64,000 bases of DNA from NCBI RefSeq assembly GCF_018350175.1, contig NC_058368.1:189660001-189724000 (forward strand), written 5' to 3'. Made by a program: the position numbers and the translations under genes. The notes under the pieces were generated by a model. That model was not told where the DNA came from. It was given only the letters and a program-made list of their open reading frames with translations, and ran no database searches. The number at the start of each line of letters is the position of its first letter. Positions within the stretch are counted from its first letter, which is position 1. Below are positions 52,610 to 62,092 of this stretch, in pieces. The stretch comes from Felis catus (taxonomy: Eukaryota).

Positions 52610-53330
52610 AAGTATGTGTATTACACCATTAAAAACACCTCCAACAAATTTCAAGAACAGGAATCAAAGACTGTCATCTCGGACCACAGGTAATTGGGTT
52701 AGAAATTTACAATAGATGAGGAGACATTTCTCTTCGTAGAAGTATTCCAGCTAATAATTGAACAGATAATAGAGTATTTTGCTACCTGTCATGATATAAT
52801 GGATCTAGGCAATAAGAATGGAAGTCAGTTAACATGACAAAGAGACCATCAGACGCCATGTACCTCCTGATAAAAGAACACAGCACCCATGAAGGAGTCT
52901 CACCAAAAAGATCACGTAAAATCTGATTAAACCTCAAGACTGAGCTATCAATATACAGGAAATACAGAGGAACATGTTAATCTACACCACAGGAATACAA
53001 TCAGCAAATCCAAACAGAAGGACACTAGAAAACTGAATTCCTCCAAAATAAATTATGAGAGAAAGAAGGAGATGTAGCAAAAACTGATTAAAAGACGCTT
53101 AAGAGACATACCAACCAATCACAATATGTGGACCTGTTTTGGATCCCGATTCAAGTGTACAATCTGAAAAACAAAAGATTTCAAAATATATGAGAAAAGT
53201 TTTAACACTGAATAGATGATATTGAGGAATCATCATTCTTATAATGGTATTTTAGTTATATTTTACAAACTGAAATATGAATAGAATGAAGAAAGTTAAC
53301 AAAAAGAGAAATTAAAAATCCCCACCCATT
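52610..53330 (+). mobile_element. Old L1 (L1MC/ME-like) fragments
   Basis: 'tgtacctcctgata...atcagcaaatcca...ttaagagacataccaaccaatcacaatatgtggacctgttttggatcc'. Confidence 0.55.
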
Positions 53331-53357
53331 TGGGCATTTAAAAATACTCTTAGCCTA

Positions 53358-53572
53358 GGGGCGCCTGGGTGGCACAGTCGGTTAAGCGTCCGACTTCAGC
53401 CAGGTCACGATCTCGCGGTCTGTGAGTTCGAGCCCCGCGTCGGGCTCTGGGCTGATGGCTCAGAGCCTGGAGCCTGTTTCCGATTCTGTGTCTCCCTCTC
53501 TCTCTGCCCTTCCCCCGTTCATGCTCTGTCTCTCTGTCCCAAAAATAAATAAACGTTGAAAAAAAATTAAAA
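53358..53572 (+). mobile_element. Young CanSINE
   Basis: Perfect 18-bp TSD AAAAATACTCTTAGCCTA at 53340-53357 and 53573-53590. Confidence 0.97.
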
Positions 53573-53790
53573 AAAAATACTCTTAGCCTAAAAAAATTAT
53601 TGCAGTTTTTTAAACTAGAAATGAAAAAGCCACTGAAGCATCATACCGTTTTCCAATTCTAATAATATCAATAAATATAATGTACATGAACAAAAAGCTA
53701 TTGGGAGTTCTCAGCAATTCTTTTTTAAGACAAATAGATTTTTTAGACCAAAAAAATGAGAAAAAACACTGTGGATGATCACCAGCCAAG

Positions 53791-53856
53791 ATTGGTCCGT
53801 TTCTTGCTGTGACCTCACAGCAACCATTATTATAGAATTCCAAGCACCTATATAAG
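53791..53856 (+). promoter_or_regulatory. Putative promoter upstream of the MARK2 retrocopy (CCAAT, CRE-like palindrome, TATA)
   Basis: ATTGG at 53791-53795, CTGTGACCTCACAG at 53807-53820 and TATATAAG at 53849-53856, in canonical order and spacing. Function is inferred only. Confidence 0.4.
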
Positions 53857-55441
53857 CCCCTGGTTGGGCTGAGATTTGCTGTGCTTCTAGTTCAGGAAGC
53901 TGGTTTTCAATGACCTGAAGGACATTTGACTAAAGTTAGCTTGTTTTCTCCTTGGCATTGTGGGTTTTTGTATATTTTGTTTGTTACTTTTTTTCCCTCA
54001 CTTTCCCATTTTCTTTATCTTTTTTCACTTTCTATTTTTCTGACTTTTTTTACTTTTACTTTTTTTCTTCTTTTTTCTTTCATTTTTAAAAGTTATTCTT
54101 TTTTCTCACATCTTTTTTTTCGCATTTTTTTAGTATTTGTTTTTAGTTCATTTTTAGTCTGCCATTGTGTTTTGATTCCATCATAAAGATCAGTTCATCA
54201 GGTGGTCTTTGGAAGTGATTTTTTTTTGAGGTGACCTGGCCAAGCTTCTCACCAGCTTATCCCGAGCTTAAATTCCCAAGCTTGCTTTCAAGCCCAGCTG
54301 TTAATCCAACATGTTACAGGGCTTCTCAGCCATCTCTGCTTAGGAGAACCATGTTGGCAACAACCAAGTCTTCAAGACCATCAGCAAGTGTACCTTTGTC
54401 GTGGTGAACTTGGCCTGACACATCCTGACTAGGAAAAGGTAGCCATAAAGATCACTGATAAGATCATCAGAATTCCTCCACCCTCCAGAGACTATCCCGA
54501 AAAGTAAAAATCATGAAGGCTTTCAATCATCCCAACATAGTGAGATTATGTGAAGTGATGGAGACTAGGGACAAGAAGCCTTGTCATAGAGTATACTAGT
54601 GGAGATGAGTACCTAGTGGCTCATGAAAGTATGCAAGAAAAAGAGATCAAAGTCAAATTCTGCCAAACAGTGTTTGCTATACAGAACTAGCACCACAAGT
54701 TTATTGTCCATAGAGACTTAAAGAAAGAAAACTAGCTCTTGGATGCTGACATGAACATCAAGATTGTAGACTTTGGTTTCAGCAACTAATTCACCTTGTC
54801 AACAAGTTAGATAACTTTTGGAACAGTCCCCCTTTATGCTTCCCTGGAACTTTCCCAGGGTCCAAAGTATGAGGGACCTGCCATGGCTATGTGGAGCCTG
54901 GCAATCATTCTCTATACATTGGTCAGTGGATCCCTGCCTTTGATGGACAGAACTTTAAGGAGCTGCAGGAAGAAGTGAGCAGAATATACCATCTTCCTTT
55001 TGACTTGTGCATGGAATGTGAAAACCTGCTCAAGAAATTTCTCATTCTCAATGTCCTAGCAAGAGAAGCACTTTAAAGTAAATGACGAAGGATCCATGGA
55101 TGAATATGGGTCATAAAGATGAGGAACTAAAGCCTTATGTAGAGTCAGTCTCTTGAGTACAAAGACCTCACAGACTGAGCTGATTGTGTCCATGGATTAC
55201 TCCGTGAGAATATCCAGGACTCATTGACAGGCCAGAGGTACAAAGAAGTGATAACCAGCTATCTGCTTCTGGGATACCAGAGATCCAAGCTGCAGGTCTA
55301 CACCCTCACCCTGAAGTCCCAGCCTTCAGCAGATCTGACCAACAGCAGCACTCCCTCCCCATCCTATGAGGTACAGCACTGGGTCTCTGCCAATCCCAAG
55401 CACTGAGTTTCAGTGAACCTGTCATTCCTATCTTTAGTTGC

Positions 55442-55813
55442 TGTATTAGTCAACTAGGATGACCATAGCAAAATGCCACAGACCGGGTGCCTTAAACAAC
55501 AGAAATTTATTTTCTCACAGTTCTGAAGGCTCCAAGTTCAAGATCAAGGTGCTGTGAGGGTTGGTTTCTAAGTGAGAGATATCTTCCTGGCCTCCTCTCT
55601 ATGTCCACACATGGCCTTTCCTCTGCACCTGTGTAACTCTAGGGTCTCCTCTTCATATGAGGACACCAGTCATATTAAATTAGGGCCCCAGCCTTATGAC
55701 CTAATGTAACTTTTATCACCTCTTTAAAGGCCTTATGTCTAAATAACATTGGGGATTGAGCTTCATTACATGCCTTGTGGGGGAAGGGAGGCCACACAAT
55801 TCAAATCACAACA
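55442..55813 (-). mobile_element. MaLR solo LTR (MLT1A/B/C-like) inserted in the MARK2 retrocopy
   Basis: TG..CA termini (tgtattagtc ... aatcacaaca) with a 5-bp TSD gttgc (55437-55441) / attgc (55814-55818). MARK2 homology resumes right after it. Confidence 0.88.
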
Positions 55814-56860
55814 ATTGCTCCTCTAGGAATACTCAGAGGAGCAAGGCAGATTTTGAGAGGATCAGGAGACAAGGCAGAACACAAGCAGCAAAACTATCAT
55901 GCCTACCAGCCCCCTATCCTGCCTAGAGAGGAAGGAGACCACCCCTCACCCCTCAGCAAACAGCAATCTGTCTACCAGCACAAACGAGAGCAGGAATTCC
56001 CCACTTCGGGAAAGAGCCAGCCTTGGCCAGACCTCCATGCAGAAAGGTAAAGACAACCTAATGATGCCAAGGCCCCAGCACCTCTGGGGCTTCTGTTTCC
56101 CCTGCAGTCTCCCTGGCCTTTTCTTGCCAATGCCAAGCATCCAAGACAGCCTGGGTGTAACTCAACCAGGCCTCTGGGCCTCACCCCATGTTGGGTTACT
56201 GTAAAGCGCTACAGCCCAGCACAGCCCTCCAGTGTGTCCCTGTGGCCTCCCCTTCATCCCACTGCATCAATAGCAGTGCTAGAACCTCAGATAATACCAA
56301 TTTCCCCCAGGTTGAATCCAAACTAAACTCCATACACACTGGGTGGCTCCAGCAGGCATGGAACTAGCAGATTTTGCCCCAGCGTGCCCCCAGCCTCTCC
56401 CTCTTGTAACAGCCACAGCCAGCAGTGGGCCACTGGAGGCTGCTTCAGCAGGTGCTCCTTCAAGGGTACATGGAGGCCTCTTTGTTTCTGATTTGATGGA
56501 ATGAACCTGAATGAACCTAAAAGCAAAAATCAAGTGGAGATGCTCAAACCTGGAGAGGTCAAGCCACACTCATTGCACTTTACGAGGAATATGACTGTCA
56601 CAAGCTCCATAGAGCCCAACAAGATGATGCGAGAATTCAGCAAGGTGCCTGACACAAATAGCTGCCCGTACAAACTGAACAAGAAATGGTGCTGTGCATG
56701 TGCGGCACCCCAGGGCCAAGAAGACTTCCTGCGGTGGTAGGTGGAGGTGTGCAGACTCCCACGGTGGTCTCCCAACAGGGTTCATTTAAATGCATACCCA
56801 GCATCTCCATGCCCCACAAAAACAAAATAACCAAAGCAGTTAAGTTTTACAGGCTGCCAG

Positions 56861-57185
56861 ATTTTTAGGGCAGTTTAAACTACTCTATATGATACTATAA
56901 TGATGGATACATGTCACTACACATTTGTCCAGACTCACAGAATGTCCAACACCAAGAGGGAATCCTAATGTAAACTAAGGACCTTAGGTGAAATGATATG
57001 TCAATGTAGGTTTACCAGTTGTAACAAATGTACCACTCTGGTGGAAGATGTTAATAAGTGGAGGAGGCTGTGCAAGAGTAGGAGTAATATATGGGAAATC
57101 TCTGTACCTTCCTCTCAATTTTTCTGTGAACCTAAAATTGCTCTTATAAAAATCGCCTTAAAAAAAAAAAAAAAAAAAAAAAAAC
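56861..57185 (+). mobile_element. L1MC1/2-like 3' end inserted just after the MARK2 stop region
   Basis: 'atttttagggcagt..aaactactctatatgatactataatg...tgtaacaaatgtaccactctggtg...ctgtgaacctaaaattgctct' plus A25. TSD CTGCCAG at 56854-56860 and 57186-57192. Confidence 0.85.
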
Positions 57186-57555
57186 CTGCCAGGAACCACC
57201 TGGGAGAGAAGAGGCAGGGCCAGCCAGCTCCATCTGCTAGCCTGCCACTCAGCCCCACCTCAAAGCCAAGACTGGACTGGTTTGCTTCCCTTGGGGGCAC
57301 TTCTCCCCTCCCCTATCCTTCTGTGTCTTTTCTTCAGGGTTTGTGAGAAAGCAGAAATGGTTCTCTAAAATGAAGACAAAAAAAAAAAAAAAAACCTAAA
57401 CCTCTTCCTCCTTTATCCTTCCTCCTCCTTTCTTTCCCTGCTACTCCCTCACCTCTTGTGTTTTCAACCTACACAGCAAGAGTTTGGTTACATACAGGAT
57501 AATGGAAAACAGGGTTCTCACTGAAATAAGAAAGTTACAAATATGGAAAAGGGGA

Positions 57556-57792
57556 GGGGCACCTGGGCGGCTCAGTCAGTTAAGCGACCGACCTCTGCTC
57601 AGGTAATGATCCCACAGTTCATGGGTTCAAGCCCCACATCAGGCTCTGTGCTGACAGCTCAGAGCCTGGAGCCTGCTTCGGATTCTGTCTCCCTCTCTCT
57701 CTCTCTTCCCCTCCCCTACTCACACTCTGTCTCTCCTCTCTCAAAAATAGGTAAATAAACATTTTTAAAACTTAAAAAAAAAAATTTTTTTA
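57556..57792 (+). mobile_element. CanSINE within an L1MC/MD-like fragment (~57490-58110)
   Basis: TSD AAAAGGGGA at 57547-57555 and 57793-57801. Confidence 0.92.
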
Positions 57793-58334
57793 AAAAGGGG
57801 AAAGCAGAAATAAGCCTTATAGTATTGGATTGGAATTGGAGGTATTAGTGTGAATTCAATGGTTTTAATATAGATACATATATGTATGTTTATGTCCATT
57901 CTGTTCACTAAGACTAGAAGCATAATATACCAATAATAGTACCCCCAGATCTTGGTTTCTGTAGATCACCCTCCATGTGAGTAAATCAAGTCTCTTAGGA
58001 GAAATGGCTGATTGCAGGGCTGGGTAGGAAAAATACAAGATAAACCTCCAACATCTTTTTGCTCCAGAAAGTAAGGAAGAACTCAAAGAATTATGTGGAC
58101 ATACCAAAGAGACACAGAAGTATCTATAAAATAGAGCAATCGTTCTAAATGGGAAAATGCTAGAATCTTTCTTTTTAAAGAATGGAATGGATCCCGCTAA
58201 TACCACTTCTACTCACATCATAAAGGTCTAAGCCAGTATGATAAGACAAAAACAAATGAGTTCTAAGAATTAGAAGAAAATATAAATCCATAGTTAATTG
58301 CATATTATATAATTATTTAAAAATAAAACTCAAA

Positions 58335-58558
58335 GGGCACCTGGGTGGCTCAGTCGGTTAAGTGACCGACTTCCGCTCAGGTCATGATCTGTTGATTCGT
58401 GAACTGGAGCCCTGTGTCGGGGGCTCTGTGCTGACAGCTCAGAACCTGGACCATGCTTTGCATTCTGTGTCTCCTTCTCTCTCTGCCCCTCCCCTGCTCT
58501 CACTCTGTATTTCTCCCTCTCTCCAAAATACATAAACATTAAAAAAATTAATAAAAAT
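58335..58558 (+). mobile_element. CanSINE
   Basis: TSD AAATAAAACTCAAA at 58321-58334 and 58559-58572. Confidence 0.93.
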
Positions 58559-58600
58559 AAATAAAACTCAAAATAATACTTTTAGATAAATTATTAGAAA

Positions 58601-58812
58601 AAAAAATTTCTTAACGTTTATTTATTTTTGAGACAGAGAGAGACAGAGCATGAACGGGGGAGGGTCAGAGAGAGAGGGAGACACAGAATCTGAAACAGGC
58701 TCCAGGCTCCAAGCAGTCAGCACAGAGCCCGACGCAGGGCTTGAACTCGTGGACCGCGAGATCGTGACCTGAGCTGAAGTCGGCCGCTTAACCGACTGAG
58801 CCACCCAGGCTC
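58601..58812 (-). mobile_element. CanSINE
   Basis: 17-bp TSD AGATAAATTATTAGAAA at 58584-58600 and 58813-58829. Confidence 0.95.
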
Positions 58813-58837
58813 AGATAAATTATTAGAAATAAGGTTT

Positions 58838-59223
58838 TACATGGATGGAACTGGAGGGTATTATGCTAAGTGAAATTAGTCAGTCAGAGAAAGACAAAAA
58901 TCATATGACTTCACTCATATGAGGACCTTAAGAGACAAAACAGATGAACATAAGGGAAGGGAAACAAAAATAATATAAAAACAGGGAGGGGGACAAAACA
59001 GAGGAGACTCATAAGTATGGAGAACAAACTGAGGGTTACAGGAGGGGTTGTGGGAGGGGGGATGGGCTAAATGGGTAAGGGGCAGTAAGGAATCTACTCC
59101 TGAAATCATTGTTGCACTATATGCTAACTAATTTGGATGTAAATTTAAAAAAATAAAACAAGTTAAAATAAAATAGATAAATAAATAAAAATAAGTAAAT
59201 AAATAAAATAATTTTTAAAAAAA
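58838..59223 (+). mobile_element. 5'-truncated felid L1 3' end
   Basis: Highly similar to 23977-24300 of the full-length L1. TSD agaaa(t/g)aaggttt at 58825-58837 and 59224-59236. Confidence 0.95.
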
Positions 59224-59236
59224 AGAAAGAAGGTTT

Positions 59237-59402
59237 AGGAGTGCCTGGTGGTTCAGTCAGTTAAGTGTCCAACTTTGGTTCAGGTCATGATCTCATGGTT
59301 TGTGAGTTCAAGCTCTACATCAGGCTCTGTGCTGACTGTGCAGGGCCTGCTAGGGATTCTCTCTCTCCCAGTCTTTATGCCCCTCTCCCACTTGCACACG
59401 AG

Positions 59403-59450
<48 letters not shown>

Positions 59451-59480
59451 AAAATAAACTTTTCATATATAACATTAAAA
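59237..59480 (+). mobile_element. CanSINE (older)
   Basis: Head 'ggagtgcctggtggttcagtcagttaagtg', (CT)n segment and A tail. The right flank aaataaagttt matches the left target aaataaggttt. Confidence 0.9.
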
Positions 59481-59513
59481 AAATAAAGTTTAGCAAGTAA
59501 GTTGGCTACAGAA

Positions 59514-59950
59514 TTTTTTTATGGTGAAAAAATTTACATTTTAGTAGCTGGACTGTTTAGATCTTAATTTTGTTGGCAATATGCAAAGCATCATAGTCAG
59601 GAGCCAGTCAAATTATGCCTCTAACTAAGCCTGATGAGGGTGTTGACCTTAGCCATGTCAGTGTCACAGAGCTTCTTCATAGCCATGCTGATTTGGTGTC
59701 ATTGGCCTTGACATCCACAAGGAACACAAATGTGTTGCTATATTCTATCTTCTTCATGACTGGCGTGGTGGCCAGGGAGAACTTCATGACATAGTAGAAC
59801 TTCATGACCTTGTTTCTCCTGATGGCACTCTAACGATATTAGAGTGGCCTTCTGAGCTGCTCCTGGAAGGTGGGTGATGTGTACATCTTTTTTCTGTGGC
59901 TGTGGACATCTTTCAGTACGGCTTCTTGGCCTTAAAAACCTTTGCTTAGC
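59514..59950 (-). pseudogene. RPL23A: 5'-truncated processed pseudogene of ribosomal protein L23a (uL23)
   Basis: The minus strand gives degenerate AKxx[67 protein letters not shown]. Stop at 59557-59559, then a short 3'UTR ending 'ttttcaccat' and a poly-A remnant (T run 59514-59520). No introns. Confidence 0.92.
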
Positions 59951-59995
59951 AATAAACAATTAGAAAAAGTAGTTTTAAAAAAAATCCATTTACAA

Positions 59996-60107
59996 GGGTA
60001 TCTGGCTGTCTCAGTCAATAAAGCATGAGACTCTTGATCTCAGGGTTGTAAGTTCAAGTCCCACGTTGAATATGGAGATTACTTAAAAATGAAATCTTTA
60101 AAAATAA
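59996..60107 (+). mobile_element. Short tRNA-derived CanSINE
   Basis: 'gggtatctggctgtctcagtcaataaagcatgagactcttgatctcagggttgtaagttcaagtcccacgttg' plus A-rich tail; same type as 45125-45232. Confidence 0.85.
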
Positions 60108-60494
60108 ATAACCATGTACATAATACAGAGAACATCAAGATAGGAAAACTAAGAATCACAGAGGAAATTATAAGACTTTGTTAAAATATTAAGACCCAAA
60201 TAAAAGAAATATCTAAGATGCCCATGATTAGAAAGACAATATGGTGGAGATATCCATTCTCTCCAAATTTATCTACAGATTTCAACATAAAATCTCAACA
60301 GGATTTTACATGGAACTTGATAAACCAATTCTAAAATGTACATGGAAGAGGAAAGGACCAAGAATGGATAGGATCATCCATACAAGAACAGAGCAGTTTG
60401 TAGGTCTTGTCCTACAAACTATCAGGAATATTATGAAACTACAATAATTAAGACAGTTATATTTGTGCAAGGTCAGGTAAATGGACAAGTAGAG

Positions 60495-60560
60495 TGGAAT
60501 GGAATGGAATGGAATGGAATGGGCTATGTTAGGACAGGATAGAATAGAATAGGATAGAAT
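60495..60560. repeat. (GGAAT/AGAAT)n pentamer repeat
   Basis: Read directly from the sequence. Confidence 0.85.
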
Positions 60561-60944
60561 ATGAGTCAGACAGTACAATAGAGAGCTCAGAAATAAATCC
60601 ACACATTTATGTAATGTTTTGATAAACGACAGAAGTGGCATATCACTTCAGCAGGGAAAGAAGTAACTGTTCAATAAATAAAACTGTCATAAAAAATGCA
60701 ATCTATATAGAAAAAAAATGGATCCCTGTCTCACACTATATCCAAAAATCAACTCCAGATATGTAAAAACATAAGTATAAAAAAACAAAACTTGTATTTT
60801 TAAATAGAAAGCATTAACTGGGTATTTTTTTACCTTGAGCAAGGGAATGATTTCTAAACAATATAAAAAGCATTGACTGTGAAAAACAAAATTGAGAACT
60901 TGTTTATCATCAAAAGACACCTTAAAGAAGTGAAATAAGACATT

Positions 60945-61527
60945 AGCTAGATGTCCTACAATTTAACTCAGTTCTGATGCAGTATTAGCCTGATCCTACA
61001 GTATAAGGGCTATTAATTATAAAGGATATTAAAGATGCAAATGAACATCCAGATAATCACTACAGGTGATAAAACCAGAGATAAAGTTGAGGTTTGGAAG
61101 GAGCTGAGCACAGTACTTTCTGTTCCCATGGAGTTTGGGGTAAACCACCCTCCCAGAACTTTCTTGTTCACCAACCTGGAAGCTTTCTGAACCCTCCTGT
61201 CCTTTAGGGGTTTTACGGAGACTTCATTACATAGGCATGATTGAGTAAATCATTGGTCTTTGGTAATGGAACTCAATCTCCAGGGGTGTGGTTGAATGTT
61301 GGAACCCTCTAATCAAAAGGTTGGTTCCCATGGCAACTAACATCCTTAAGGGTGGTCCAAAAGTCACTTCATTAACATAAACTCGGGTGTGGTTGAAAGA
61401 GGCTTGTTATGATAAAAAAAAGACACCGTTATTGTTCACCTTACTTGGGAAATTCCAAGGATCTTAAGAGCTCTGTTGAGAATAGAGGAACACCAAATAT
61501 ATATTTATGATAAATCACAACATCACA
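60945..61527 (-). mobile_element. MER21-like LTR
   Basis: Homologous to 36350-37432 ('atttaactcagttctga', 'ttcattacataggcatgattga', 'aactcgggtgtggttgaaag'); ends 'aaatcacaacatcaca'. Confidence 0.75.
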
Positions 61528-61730
61528 AGACCCTAGAGAGCTCCTTTACCCATTCCACCATGTGAGGACAGAGCAAAAAGATAGCCATCTATTAACCAGG
61601 CTCTCACCAGACATTGAACCTGTCAGCTTCTTAATCTTAGACTTCCCAGCCCTTAAGACTGTGAGAAGTACCTATTGTTTATAAGCTACCCAGTCACTGG
61701 TGTTTTGTTACAGCAACCCAAACAAAGATA
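61528..61730 (+). mobile_element. MaLR LTR 3' half (MLT1A/MST-like)
   Basis: 'ccaccatgtgaggacagagcaaaaag...ctctcaccagac...cttagacttcccagcc...ttgttacagcaacccaaac'. Confidence 0.7.
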
Positions 61731-62092
61731 GGGTGGCTTCATTCACATGCTGGGTGGTTGGCAGAATAGGTGGTATAGGGGCCCCCCCCTGGGACCCTTG
61801 TCTTTATTCCCTCTGTTTTCTCATCTTCTAGCAGGCTGTTCTGAGCTTCCTCATGTAGTGACAAAAGGGATCCAGCAGCAAGAGAGGGCAAAGCCCAATG
61901 TTTTTGTTTTTTAAGCCTCTGGCTGCATTACATTTCTTAATGTTCCTTTGACTAAAGCAGGTCACATAGCCAAACCCAGATTTAAGAGGTAGAGAAAAAG
62001 ACTCTATCTCTTGATGGAAGGACAAGAAAATCACATGGCAAAGAGGAGTGCAATCTGAGATGGGAAGAATTTGCAGCCATTTACAACCTACC
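61731..62092 (-). mobile_element. MaLR LTR fragment (MLT1F/G/H-like)
   Basis: 'gagagggcaaagcccaatg...aaagcaggtcacatagccaaacccaga...ctcttgatggaagga...gcagccatt'. Confidence 0.6.

Larger units (their letters stand above)
54281..57370 (+). pseudogene. MARK2: Processed (intronless) MARK2 kinase pseudogene; CDS remnant ~54311-56849 plus part of the 3'UTR
   Basis: Colinear, intron-free remnants of the kinase (HPNIV; HKFIVHRDLK ~54694-54723; DFGFS from 54769; [33 protein letters not shown]), UBA (LIVSMDY..IQDSL), spacer ([21 protein letters not shown]) and KA1 (KPHSLHFT..SSIEPNKMMRE..EVCRLP) regions, then MARK2-like 3'UTR text 'caggctgccag...ggcacttctcccctccc'. Stops at 54341, 54416, 54688 and 54787, plus frameshifts. 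MARK2 rather than MARK1/3/4 is called from recalled paralog-specific residues. Confidence 0.93.
58120..60940 (+). mobile_element. Old L1M ORF2 remnant, fragmented by six younger insertions
   Basis: Degenerate ORF2 text: 'aatgggaaaatgctagaatct...taccacttctactca...ctaagccagt', 'tttagcaag', 'attctctccaaatttatctacagattt', 'ataaatcccacacatttatg', 'ctcacactatatccaaaaatcaactccagat'. Confidence 0.7.

Noticed and set aside
53926..54186. 86-aa Phe-rich 'membrane protein' ORF
   Set aside because: Artefact of a T-rich low-complexity tract.
60495..60560. GGAAT repeat as satellite DNA
   Set aside because: Only ~65 bp, embedded in an L1 remnant; an ordinary simple repeat.
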